From Rhodococcus sp. (in: high G+C Gram-positive bacteria) (GTDB lineage: Bacteria; Actinomycetota; Actinomycetes; Mycobacteriales; Mycobacteriaceae), in contig JAHFVG010000019.1 of NCBI GenBank assembly GCA_023264675.1, positions 6,097 to 70,096 of the forward strand: 64,000 nucleotides of DNA. The letters are read 5' to 3'. Each line of letters starts with the position of its first letter. Within the stretch, counting starts at the first letter, position 1. Positions 26,656 through 35,811 of this stretch are shown piece after piece. The position numbers and the translations under genes were made by a program. The notes beneath the pieces were generated by a model. That model was given only the letters and a program-made list of their open reading frames with translations, was not told the origin of the DNA and ran no database searches.

Positions 26656-27149
26656 GACAGGTGCGCCTGGTCGATCGCGGACTGCAGACTCTCGACGTAT
26701 CCCTCGGAGGTGTAGGTGGCGCCGGAGACCATGTCGATGTCGGCCGATCCCGCCTCGATTGTTTCCTCCTCGAGAACGGGGACTGCTCGGGCATTGATCT
26801 GTTGGTCTCGTCCATTGCTCGTGGGGTAGTCGATCGCGGCGGCATCGGTGATGGTCCCGTCGGTGATCGTGATCTGCACTCGAACAGGTCCGAATCGGGT
26901 ACTGACCGACGTTCCGGTCACCGTCTGGGGCGTCGCCGCGGTGGTGGTCGTGTCGCTGGGGGGAGGGGTTCCCGCGGACGCCGACGGCGAGGGATCCGAC
27001 TCCGTCGAAACATTGGATGTTGTTGCAGGTGCCGTCGATTCGGAGGAGAGGATCACTGTCGGTGTCGGTCCGCTGGTCGAAGTGTGGTAGCTGAACAACA
27101 GCACCAGCGCGGACAGCGTGGTCAGAACCCAGGTGGTGATTTTTCGCAT
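26652..27149 (-). CDS. Membrane-anchored extracytosolic FMN-binding protein
   Basis: N-terminal TM/signal, S/T/P linker, FGPVRVQITI, flavinylation motif SGAT (DMVSGATYTS). Confidence 0.88.
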   Translation of the reverse strand: MRKITTWVLTTLSALVLLFSYHTSTSGPTPTVILSSESTAPATTSNVSTESDPSPSASAGTPPPSDTTTTAATPQTVTGTSVSTRFGPVRVQITITDGTITDAAAIDYPTSNGRDQQINARAVPVLEEETIEAGSADIDMVSGATYTSEGYVESLQSAIDQAHLS

Positions 27150-27158
27150 GATCGGCTC

Positions 27159-28577
27159 TCAGAGATGAAAGGATTCGGAGTGGATTCGCTCGGCAGGCGT
27201 GCCCGCTTGGCGGGCGGCTCGTCGCACGGCTTCGGTCCACGGGTCGGGGCCGCAGATGAAGATGTCTCGCTCTGCGGCGTCGGGGCACATGTAAAGCAGT
27301 GCCGCGGTGTCGTCCCAGTTATTGGCGTGCACTGGTAGCCAACTGTCGCGGTCGGGAATGCGACGGCCTTCGACGACGCGGTAGTCAGCGCCTCGCTCGC
27401 GGGCGAGATCGTGGATCTCGTGGCTCAGGACGGCCTCGTCGACACTGCGGACGCGATGAACAACCATCACCTCGCCCGGCTGTTGGGGTAGCGATTCGAG
27501 GAGGGAGCGTATGGGGGTGATGCCGATTCCGGCGCCGATCAACAGTGTTTTGCTACGTGTTCGGGTGCCCGCGTGCATTCGGCCATACGGTCCCTCGACG
27601 AGAACGCGTGTACCTGGCTGCAGCGTGGTCAGTTCAGCGGTGCCGTCGCCGAGGACAGCGGCAGTGAATCTCAATGTCGTGGCGTCGGGAGCGGCCGACA
27701 ACGAATACGGGTGGGCGCGGGTCCAGCCGGGTCCGGTGAGAAAACGCCACTGGAAGTACTGCCCGCCCTGGGCCCGTAAGTGTTCGACGCCGGGGCCGGC
27801 CACGGTGACGGTCACGGCATTACCGGGCTCGCATCGAACGTGCACGACTCGAATGTTCGCGCGCGCCGATGCCCACAATGGAAGCGCGATCCGCCACAGC
27901 AGAACCGATCCGGCGCACCCGATGTACAGCGTCCACCAGAAGATCGTGGCTGCAGTGGATTTCAGAAAGTCTTCACCGCTCCACAGCTGATGGGGGAGTG
28001 CAAGGCCTGCGCCGAGGTAGGCGTAAAGGTGGATCAGATGCCACGATTCGTATCGCAGCCGGCGCCGAGCAGCTCGCGCCGAGGTGATCACCACCAGGAT
28101 CAATGCAAGGGTGCCGGCCACCGCGAGCAGAACACCGGGATAATCGATGGTGAGGTCGACGATCGTGTCCCACACCTTGGTCGGGTCCGCGGCGGCGTAG
28201 CCCAGAACGATCAGACCGATGTGGGCGAGCATGAGCGTGAACGAAGTGAACCCGACAAGCCGGTGCACCCGCGTCAATTCGTCCTGCCCCCACGCGCGTT
28301 CGATCCAGGGCACACGCGCCATGAGGAACACCTGAAGTAGAAGCGAGGCCGAGGCGAGGAGGCCGGTGAGTCGACCCACGGAGGTCAGCGCATCGCTGGT
28401 ACCGGTCCACAAGTTCTGGATCCCGCCGTCGCTTGTCCACAACGCAGCTACGAACAGCAGCACTGCCCACGCGGCGATCGCCGATGCGTATCGCCACCAC
28501 CGCGGCACGAGACGGGGCTCGGTGCGCTGCGACGCCTCAGCGATGGTGCGTGGTTCTCCGTGCAACAAGCTGCTCAT
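27159..28577 (-). CDS. Ferric reductase-like transmembrane protein fused to an FNR-type FAD/NAD domain
   Basis: Heme His in HRLVG, LAHIG, WHLIH, LPHQ; HPYSLS, EGPYG, GAGIGITP, CGP. Confidence 0.88.
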   Translation of the reverse strand: MSSLLHGEPRTIAEASQRTEPRLVPRWWRYASAIAAWAVLLFVAALWTSDGGIQNLWTGTSDALTSVGRLTGLLASASLLLQVFLMARVPWIERAWGQDELTRVHRLVGFTSFTLMLAHIGLIVLGYAAADPTKVWDTIVDLTIDYPGVLLAVAGTLALILVVITSARAARRRLRYESWHLIHLYAYLGAGLALPHQLWSGEDFLKSTAATIFWWTLYIGCAGSVLLWRIALPLWASARANIRVVHVRCEPGNAVTVTVAGPGVEHLRAQGGQYFQWRFLTGPGWTRAHPYSLSAAPDATTLRFTAAVLGDGTAELTTLQPGTRVLVEGPYGRMHAGTRTRSKTLLIGAGIGITPIRSLLESLPQQPGEVMVVHRVRSVDEAVLSHEIHDLARERGADYRVVEGRRIPDRDSWLPVHANNWDDTAALLYMCPDAAERDIFICGPDPWTEAVRRAARQAGTPAERIHSESFHL

Positions 28578-28731
28578 GAACGATGATCCTCGTTGCGCTC
28601 CATGCGGGGAGCCTGGGATCCAGCTGCATGATCGCTGTGAATCGTTGTCCCGGCGTGCGACTGTTCCGCCGGGTGGTTGAATCTACAATCGACGGGGCAG
28701 GCCGATCTGCCTCGATTGGAAAGGTCGAACA

Positions 28732-29766
28732 ATGCATCTGGGCGTGGACAGCTTCGTCTCCTCCGTGACGGACCCGACGGACGAGCGAGTGATCGGTCCG
28801 GCAGAGCGGATGGGGCACCTGCTGGAGGAGATTGCGCTTGCCGACCAGGTCGGGCTCTACTCGTTCGGCATCGGCGAGCATCATCGCAGCGAGTACTACG
28901 ACTCGGCGCCGTCGATCATTCTTGCCGCCGCGGCCGCTCGCACCGAACGGATCAGACTCGGCAGCGCCGTGAAGGTGCTCAGCGCCGATGACCCGGTTCG
29001 TGTATTCCAGGAGTTCGCTACCCTCGATCTGATCTCGAAGGGACGCATCGACCTCGTTGTCGGCCGCGGGTCGTTCACCGAGTCGTTCCCGTTGTTCGGG
29101 TTGGACCTGCACGACTACGATTCCCTCTTCGCGGAGAAGCTGGAGCTTCTCTTGCAGATTCGCGACAACGTCGAGGTCACGTGGTCCGGTCGGCACCGGC
29201 CTGCACTGGACCGACAGAGCATTTTTCCGCGCCCGGTGCAGGATCCCCTGCCCATCTGGGTCGGTGTCGGCGGAACCCCGGAGTCCTTCGTCCGCGCGGG
29301 GTTGCTGGGACTACCGCTGATGATCGCCATCATCGGCGGAGAACCACGCCAATTCGCTCCGTTGGTGGATCTGTACCGCCGGGCGGGAGCGGAAGCAGGA
29401 CACGCTCCCGAGAAGCTGCAGGTCGGTCTGCACGTGTTCGGCTTCGTGGCCGAGTCGACGCAGGTTGCAGCCGACACCATCTATCCAGGCTGGCACGAGA
29501 TGTTCACCAAGGTTTCGCGCGAGCGCGGGTTCGCCCGTCCCACCCGCCAGCAGTTCGACGCCACCTCCGGTCCGAACGGTGCATTCTTCATGGGCGACCC
29601 GCAGACTGTCGCCGACAAGATCTTGCGGGTCGGCGAACAGCTGGGCGGAGTGGACCGACTGTCGCTTCAGATGACTAATCCGCGGTTGGCACACGGGGAC
29701 TTGCTGCGCGGGATCGAACTTCTGGGTACCGAGGTTGCCCCGCTGGTAAGCGCCCACTCACACTGA
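28732..29766 (+). CDS. LLM-class flavin-dependent oxidoreductase
   Basis: GIGEHHR, DPVRVFQEFATLDLIS.GR, GRGSF. Confidence 0.9.
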   Translation: MHLGVDSFVSSVTDPTDERVIGPAERMGHLLEEIALADQVGLYSFGIGEHHRSEYYDSAPSIILAAAAARTERIRLGSAVKVLSADDPVRVFQEFATLDLISKGRIDLVVGRGSFTESFPLFGLDLHDYDSLFAEKLELLLQIRDNVEVTWSGRHRPALDRQSIFPRPVQDPLPIWVGVGGTPESFVRAGLLGLPLMIAIIGGEPRQFAPLVDLYRRAGAEAGHAPEKLQVGLHVFGFVAESTQVAADTIYPGWHEMFTKVSRERGFARPTRQQFDATSGPNGAFFMGDPQTVADKILRVGEQLGGVDRLSLQMTNPRLAHGDLLRGIELLGTEVAPLVSAHSH

Positions 29767-29786
29767 CCCCGTGAGGGCCGCGCTCG

Positions 29787-30527
29787 TCATACTCCGGCAA
29801 CACCGAGCAACTGTCCGATTCCGTAGGTCACGATCATCGCGAGAGCACCGCCGATCACGATGCGTGCCGTCGCCCGGCCAGGCTCGGAACCGCCGAGCCG
29901 CGCACTGATCTGGCCGGTGAGTGCGAGGGCGAGCAGCACGGCAACGAAGGTGACGGGAATACGGGCTGTCGTCGGCGGCGCCAGTATCGCCAGGAGCGGC
30001 AACGAAGCACCGATGGTGAAGGACAGCGCCGACGACAGCGCTGCTTGAATCGGACTGGTCAGGTCGTCTGGATCCAGGCGCAACTCGGCGTCGACGTGGG
30101 CGGCGAACGCGTCGTGGGCGGTGAGTTCACGCGCCACGGTGAGCGCGGTCGCCTTGCTGAGTCCTTTCTCTTCGTAGATCGAGGCCAGTTCCTCGAGTTC
30201 GGCCTCCGGGTCGTCTCGCAGCTCGGCTTCTTCCTTGGCCAACAGCGACTTTTCGGTGTCTCGCTGCGTGCTGACCGAGACGTACTCGCCGAGCGCCATC
30301 GATACCGCTCCCGCCACCAGACCTGCAGCGCCCGCCGTCAAGATCGGTCCGCGTTCGGCGGTGACGGCCGCGACGCCGACGACGAGACCTGCGGTGGAGA
30401 CGATTCCGTCGTTGGCTCCCAGCACACCCGCCCGCAACCAGTTCAATCGCGATGCGACGGAGCCGCCGTGGGGCTCGCCGGGATGGTTCGTGGTCGCGTC
30501 GGGAACTGCGCCGTCCGAGTCGTTCAT
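29787..30527 (-). CDS. VIT1/CCC1-family Fe/Mn transporter
   Basis: LRAGVLGANDGIVS, SMALGEYVSVS and a Glu-rich metal-binding loop. Confidence 0.93.
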   Translation of the reverse strand: MNDSDGAVPDATTNHPGEPHGGSVASRLNWLRAGVLGANDGIVSTAGLVVGVAAVTAERGPILTAGAAGLVAGAVSMALGEYVSVSTQRDTEKSLLAKEEAELRDDPEAELEELASIYEEKGLSKATALTVARELTAHDAFAAHVDAELRLDPDDLTSPIQAALSSALSFTIGASLPLLAILAPPTTARIPVTFVAVLLALALTGQISARLGGSEPGRATARIVIGGALAMIVTYGIGQLLGVAGV

Positions 30528-30644
30528 GCCGACAAAGTTACGGTCAGGGGCACTGTGTCGCCAGCAATGCGAGGCTGTCCAACCTCGACGATTCGGTATT
30601 ACCGGCGGTGGGCCAGCGGCGAACCAGATGTCGACAGCACAGCG

Positions 30645-31973
30645 CTACTTTTTGCCGTTGCCGTTGCCGTTGCCGTTGTTGCCGTTGGAGTTGCCGTTGC
30701 CGTTGCCGTTGTTGCCGTTGGAGTTGCCATTGCCATTGCCGTTGTTCCCCGTCTCGACCGAGGGGGCGGACGGAACCGGAGCGGCCGGCTCCGAAACGGC
30801 GCCTACCGCTGGCGCCTCGACCTGTGGGGCAACGGGACTCGGTACGGCGGTGGTTGTCGGTACGGCGGTGGTTGTCGGTACGTCAGTGGTTGTCGGTACC
30901 TGCGGGCTCGTGGGAACGGGAGGCGCGGTTGTGGCCTCGACCGGAGGACCGGCCTGATCGGGCAATGACAGGATTCCCCACAGGACCACCGCAGCAACGA
31001 GGATCGCGCCCACAACGCCCAAGATCAGCCCCCGCCGCGACGCCGGACGGGCGAGCGTCACCGTGTCGGCTTCATCGAGTTCGGCCGTCTGCGGAGTGGC
31101 TGCCAGGATCGCCGTTCCGATCGGGGATGTTTCGGCATCGGGAAGGGTGCGCAGCGATTCCGAGACCTCGGCTGCCGATGGACGATGTTCCGGCCGCCGG
31201 GCAGTCATCTTGGTCAGCAGTGACACCCAGCCTTCGCCGAGCTCGGTAGGCACCTCGGGATCCCGGTGCAGTCGCGCTAGGGCCGCAGCAGTCGAGTTTC
31301 CCTCGAACACCATTCTTCCGGTGAGACATTCGATCAGGACCAGACCCAGTGAGTAGACGTCCGATTCAGGTCCGGCGTTGGCGCCGGTTGCCTGCTCGGG
31401 ACTGAGATAGTGTGCTGTCCCCACTGCCGAGCCGTGTGCTGTCAGGCGGTCGGCGTCGACGACGCGGGCGATACCGAAGTCGGTGAGTTTGGTTCGGCTG
31501 ATCGCGCCGTCGCCGATCAGAACGTTGGCGGGTTTTATGTCTCGATGAACGACGCCGGCGCTGTGGATGTACGACAACGATTCCGCGAGTTCGCGACCGA
31601 TGCGGGCGACAATGTCCGGTGGCAGTTGCCGGTGGTCGCGGAATGCACCGAGCGTCGGGCCCTCGATCAACTCCATCACCAGATATCGCACATCGACTCC
31701 GGAACCGTCGCGTGTGACGCCTGCATCGAACAGAGTCACCAAGCCCGGATACGACAGCGAGGCCAAGGTCCGCATCTCGGCGTCGATGCGGTGTTCGTCG
31801 TGCGGGGCGTGATCGGAGTGACGGAAGACCTTCACGGCCACTTGGCGCCCGAGAAGCCGATCCTCGGCACCGAAGACGTCGGCTGCACCCCCGCGGCCGA
31901 GCACACGGCCCAACTCGTACCGGCCCGCGAAAAGGCTGTCGGAGCTGATCGGCGGGCGGTCCTGACCAGCCAT
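30645..31973 (-). CDS. Transmembrane Hanks-type Ser/Thr protein kinase with a low-complexity extracellular tail
   Basis: GRGG, VAVK, HRDIKPAN, DFG, YLSPEQ; a single TM helix followed by Pro/Thr and Gly/Asn repeats. Start at ATG 31973. Confidence 0.9.
   Translation of the reverse strand: MAGQDRPPISSDSLFAGRYELGRVLGRGGAADVFGAEDRLLGRQVAVKVFRHSDHAPHDEHRIDAEMRTLASLSYPGLVTLFDAGVTRDGSGVDVRYLVMELIEGPTLGAFRDHRQLPPDIVARIGRELAESLSYIHSAGVVHRDIKPANVLIGDGAISRTKLTDFGIARVVDADRLTAHGSAVGTAHYLSPEQATGANAGPESDVYSLGLVLIECLTGRMVFEGNSTAAALARLHRDPEVPTELGEGWVSLLTKMTARRPEHRPSAAEVSESLRTLPDAETSPIGTAILAATPQTAELDEADTVTLARPASRRGLILGVVGAILVAAVVLWGILSLPDQAGPPVEATTAPPVPTSPQVPTTTDVPTTTAVPTTTAVPSPVAPQVEAPAVGAVSEPAAPVPSAPSVETGNNGNGNGNSNGNNGNGNGNSNGNNGNGNGNGKK
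30652..30745 (-). repeat. Gly-Asn coding repeat (two exact 33-bp units plus partial copies)
   Basis: TTGCCGTTGCCGTTGCCGTTGTTGCCGTTGGAG at 30658-30690 and 30691-30723. Confidence 0.9.
30841..30899 (-). repeat. 18-bp tandem repeat encoding VPTTT(A/D)
   Basis: GGTACGGCGGTGGTTGTC twice plus one variant copy. Confidence 0.9.
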
Positions 31974-32128
31974 CGTCGTCACTCCGTCCTTGCTGTCGTC
32001 CCTCTGCGGTCCGACTCTATCGCCGCACCGAGCGCGCGTTGGCACGGAGTCGGTGTACCTCGCGCGGTTCGTGCAGGCAAGATGGGTCCGGGTGGGGATC
32101 GGACGCGTCGACGAACGAAAGGCGGGCT

Positions 32129-33364
32129 GTGACCCAACCTGTCCCTGGCCTCGGTGGGTTCGGACCGATCGAATCCGCATATCAACCCGTCATAGACCTG
32201 GACTCAGGAGCGCTCGTAGGTTTCGAGGCGCTGGTCAGGCCAGGATCGGGAAGCCCATGGACCTCGCCGGACGAGATGTTCGCCGAGGCTGCTCGATGCG
32301 GTACGACGATTGCCTTCGACTGGCAGTGCCGAGTGTCGGCGCTGGAGGGTGCACTCGGTGCCGATCTACCCCGTGAGCTCGCCCTGTTCGTCAATGCAGA
32401 ACCTCTGGCGCTCGATGCGCCTCCGCCGCCGTACGCTCGATCGATTCTGGCCGAGGCGTCCAACTTGTCGATCGTCGTCGAGATCACGGAACGCAATCTC
32501 ATGAACGACCCCGCCGGGCTGCTGCGTGCTGCCGCGCACGCCCGGGACATGGGATGGCGAATCGCTGTCGACGATGTGGGAGCCGACTCCTCCAGCCTCG
32601 CCCTCCTCGCGCTGTTGCGTCCCGACGTGATCAAGTTGGACATGCGTCTGGTCCATCAGCGCACAAGTTCGGAGACCGCGGCAATTCTCTCGGCCGTCGC
32701 CGTCGAGTCCGAACGTACCGGCGCGGTTGTCGTCGCCGAGGGCATCGAGAACCAGATCCATGAACGCCGCGCGCGGTCCTTCGGTGCCCGATGGGGCCAG
32801 GGCTGGTTCTACGGTTCTCCGGCCCCGTTGCCGAGATTCGAGGCCGTCGACAGTCAACCGGACCTGCTGTTCGTCGCGCCGGCGGTGACGGTCCGAGCCC
32901 CGTCCGCCGTGACGCCGTTCGGGCTCGATCGCGGTGGCCGCGACCCGAAGAACATCGACGAATCACTTCTCGAATCGCTCGAGAACACTCTGCTCGAACG
33001 AGCCTCGGCGATGGGGTCGACCGCCGTTGTTCTCGTCACGCTTCCGGTCACGACGGCGTTGTCGGCGTCACGTCACGCGTTGCTCAGCGAACTTGGCAGC
33101 GGCAGCGCGCTCACGGTGATGTTCGGGCGATCGGTGGATGTCGGGGGTCGATATCGCACGGTCGACGTCGATGCGCACGAGCCCCTTGCCCGCGAGCGAT
33201 CGGTCATCGTGGTCGACCCGTTGTTCGACGCTGCGCTGATCGCTCTCGATGTGGGGGAGGCTCCCGACGGGTCGCGCGTGTACGACTACAGCCTTACTTT
33301 CGATCGCGATCAGGTTCTGGATGCCGCCACATTGCTCATGCACAGGATTCCCTCACGTCGATGA
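32129..33364 (+). CDS. EAL-domain c-di-GMP phosphodiesterase with a C-terminal DICT-like sensory domain
   Basis: YQP, FEALVR, FVN, EITE, DDVG, IKLD, AEGIE, QGW motifs are all present. Start estimated at GTG 32129. Confidence 0.85.
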   Translation: MTQPVPGLGGFGPIESAYQPVIDLDSGALVGFEALVRPGSGSPWTSPDEMFAEAARCGTTIAFDWQCRVSALEGALGADLPRELALFVNAEPLALDAPPPPYARSILAEASNLSIVVEITERNLMNDPAGLLRAAAHARDMGWRIAVDDVGADSSSLALLALLRPDVIKLDMRLVHQRTSSETAAILSAVAVESERTGAVVVAEGIENQIHERRARSFGARWGQGWFYGSPAPLPRFEAVDSQPDLLFVAPAVTVRAPSAVTPFGLDRGGRDPKNIDESLLESLENTLLERASAMGSTAVVLVTLPVTTALSASRHALLSELGSGSALTVMFGRSVDVGGRYRTVDVDAHEPLARERSVIVVDPLFDAALIALDVGEAPDGSRVYDYSLTFDRDQVLDAATLLMHRIPSRR

Positions 33365-33402
33365 CGGGTGGTAACTCGGCGGCCGCTGGATCAGGCCGGT
33401 AC

Positions 33403-34833
33403 TCACATGGCGTCGGTGATTCTCCGGAATGCTTGTGCAGCTTCGAGTTCGAAAGCCAATTCGAGGAGCCGCCCCTCGGCTCCATGATCGGCCGATAGCT
33501 GAACTCCGATCGGAAGTCCCTCCGGCGACTGCGCGAGCGGCAACGAGAGTGCGGGCCCGCCGCTGGCATTGTTGAGCGGGGTGAAGGCGACGTAGGCGAG
33601 GAGCCGGGGAAACAAGACGTCGAAACCGTTGGCCGGGGACAGATGTCCGAGTCGAGGAGTCGTGTGCGCCACCACCGGAGACACCATGACGTCGACGTCT
33701 GCGAAAGACCGGTGGTAGATGGCCTCCGATTGTCGGAGGCGGCGAATCACCTGAGGGGTACGCCAGAACGCTCGGAGAAACATCGCCGAGAGCCCACGAG
33801 TGAGGGCATCGATTGCAGACGCATCGAAACTGGGGTCCATGACCCTTTTTCCGAATCGGTGCACCGCAAATGCCAGCAACCCCCAGTAGTGCTTGAAATC
33901 CTCCTGGAATGCTTCGAGTTCCTTCTCCGGCAGCGGAAGACCCAGTTCGGTGACATCGTGCCCGAGCGCACTGAGCAACTGTGCCGTGTCCGAGACGGCT
34001 TTCCTCGTCGGATCGTCGACGTCGATCCCGGGCAGCGAGCTGCTGATCACGCCAATCCGCAGACGTCTGCTCGACGGCCCCTCGACCAGACCGACAGGGG
34101 CGAGACGTGGCGCCGCGCGATACCGCTCGATCTGAGCTACGAACGTGGCGGTATCGCGGACCGTCCGAGTGAGAACCCCGTTGGACACGATGTTCACCGG
34201 CATGCCCGCGGAATGAGCGTCCGCGAGTTCTCGGCCACGAGTGAGTTTGAGTCCGACCAGTCCACAGGCTGCGGCGGGAATACGGATGGAACCGCCGCCG
34301 TCGTTCGCGTGGGCGAGTGGCACCACTCCCGCAGCCACCAGGGCAGCCGAACCGCCGGAGGACGCCCCGCTGGAGTACTCCGTATTCCACGGATTTCGGG
34401 TCGGCGGCAGAGTTTCGTACTCGGTGCTGGCGTTGAATCCGAACTCGGGCAGAGTCGACTTGCCGAGACTGATGAGCCCGGTGGACAGCAATTGATCGGT
34501 GAATGGCGCATTGCGGGTCGCGGGGGCGGCGTCGACACCGAGCGATCCGTGGTTGCTCGCCAGCCCGGCAACGTCGGTGTTGTCTTTGACGAAAGTGGGC
34601 ACCCCCGCGAACACACCCGAGCCCGGACGTCGTGCGTGTTCGCGAGCGCGGTCGAAATCCGAGCTCTGGATTGCGTTGAGTCTGCTGTCGACGGCGTCGG
34701 CGCGCGCAATTGCCGCGTCGACGGCCTCGGCGGCGCTGATGTCACCGGATGCGATGGCCGCGGCGATCCCCGTCGCGTCTAGTCGGCCCAGCGCATCGTC
34801 ACCGAACGAGTGGACCCGGGTGGACAGTGACAA
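33403..34833 (-). CDS. Amidase (amidase signature family)
   Basis: FVKD, GASSGGS, DGGGSIRIPA (Ser-cisSer-Lys triad). Confidence 0.92.
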   Translation of the reverse strand: MSLSTRVHSFGDDALGRLDATGIAAAIASGDISAAEAVDAAIARADAVDSRLNAIQSSDFDRAREHARRPGSGVFAGVPTFVKDNTDVAGLASNHGSLGVDAAPATRNAPFTDQLLSTGLISLGKSTLPEFGFNASTEYETLPPTRNPWNTEYSSGASSGGSAALVAAGVVPLAHANDGGGSIRIPAAACGLVGLKLTRGRELADAHSAGMPVNIVSNGVLTRTVRDTATFVAQIERYRAAPRLAPVGLVEGPSSRRLRIGVISSSLPGIDVDDPTRKAVSDTAQLLSALGHDVTELGLPLPEKELEAFQEDFKHYWGLLAFAVHRFGKRVMDPSFDASAIDALTRGLSAMFLRAFWRTPQVIRRLRQSEAIYHRSFADVDVMVSPVVAHTTPRLGHLSPANGFDVLFPRLLAYVAFTPLNNASGGPALSLPLAQSPEGLPIGVQLSADHGAEGRLLELAFELEAAQAFRRITDAM

Positions 34834-34889
34834 CAGCAGACCCCCTGTGTGAAGTTACGAGCCGAGTGTCCGAGCGTAGCGCCGACTTC

Positions 34890-35666
34890 CTAGATGGAGT
34901 GTCGGGTTCCGCCCAGATGGCGTGCGAGGAAGCGCGCCGAGCTGTCCTGCTCGTGTTCGGGGACTTGAAAGTGGCTGCCCGGGTGGGCGTGCAAGGTCTT
35001 GTCCTTCGAGGCGAAGGCGTCGAACAACGCAAGACCGGAGGTGCGATCGATGTGGTCGTCGTCCCATGGAATCCGATACTCGAGTGGGACCGTTATCTTT
35101 CGCGCGGACTCGATCAGAGCGTCCGCGACGAATACTCCGCCGAAACTCAGCGCTGCGATCCGAGATTCGACCGAGGCCAACATGAGCCCTGTTGCGACGC
35201 CGAGCGTCACTCCGCCGTATCCGATGGGAGCTTCGGCGCCGATGTCGGGCAGAGCCTGTAGGGCGTCGAGGGTTCTCTGCCATTCCGGCACAGCGCGATC
35301 GGCCAGCGACATGTTGTAGTCGACGACTGCCGAGGCGATGGAACGACCACCCGCTCGGGCACTCTGGATATCGTCGACCCACTGCTGATCCTGACGATTG
35401 CGTGGGCGGTCGCCGTGCCCGGGTGCGTCGATCGCGGCGACGAGAAAGCCATAGGTTTCGACGCAGTGAAGTGCGTTCGCCACCAAACCCGGCGCCTTCT
35501 TGTGCATACCGCCGCTGTGGCCCGACAAGAGCAACGGCGAGCCTGGGGCCGTCGAGCCGGAGGTGGGTGACCAGAGAACGCCGGTGATCTCGCCGAGCGT
35601 GAACTCTCGTTCGACGAGGCCGTGTGCCGATGTGCCCGAGACGAGTGTGTGAGAGATGAAGTCCAT
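34890..35666 (-). CDS. Alpha/beta-fold hydrolase (dienelactone hydrolase-like) with an atypical nucleophile elbow
   Basis: LLLSGHSGG, IDAPGHGDR, elbow GVTLG, WDD, HPGSH. ATG 35666 follows GAAAGG. Confidence 0.82.
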   Translation of the reverse strand: MDFISHTLVSGTSAHGLVEREFTLGEITGVLWSPTSGSTAPGSPLLLSGHSGGMHKKAPGLVANALHCVETYGFLVAAIDAPGHGDRPRNRQDQQWVDDIQSARAGGRSIASAVVDYNMSLADRAVPEWQRTLDALQALPDIGAEAPIGYGGVTLGVATGLMLASVESRIAALSFGGVFVADALIESARKITVPLEYRIPWDDDHIDRTSGLALFDAFASKDKTLHAHPGSHFQVPEHEQDSSARFLARHLGGTRHSI

Positions 35667-35754
35667 GGTGTGGCCTTTCGGGAATGCCTTGTCGAGGAGG
35701 CGCTCCCGGCGACACCTAGATAGTTCGCCCGGCCGTGAATCCGAGGGGAGCACC
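35667..35754 (-). promoter_or_regulatory. Alternative RNA hairpins (translational attenuator) sequestering the hydrolase RBS
   Basis: One fold pairs GGUGUCGCC:GGCCACACC and GGGAGCGCCU:AGGCAUUCCC around GAAAGG. A competing fold pairs GGUGCUCCC:GGGAGCGCC and GGCGA:UCGCC. Confidence 0.65.
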
Positions 35755-35775
35755 CAATGGGGATACAGCGTTCAT
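35716..35775 (-). CDS. Leader peptide (uORF) MNAVSPLGAPLGFTAGRTI
   Basis: Full consensus SD AAGGAGGTGA (35781-35790) 5 nt before the ATG; the stop is 49 nt upstream of the hydrolase start. Confidence 0.7.
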   Translation of the reverse strand: MNAVSPLGAPLGFTAGRTI

Positions 35776-35811
35776 GGGTCTCACCTCCTTGCGTGCGATC
35801 ACGGTCACCGG

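Noticed and set aside
30652-30899. Regular short repeats as a possible CRISPR or intergenic repeat
   Set aside because: The repeats are in-frame coding sequence of the kinase tail, have no unique spacers, and no cas genes are present.
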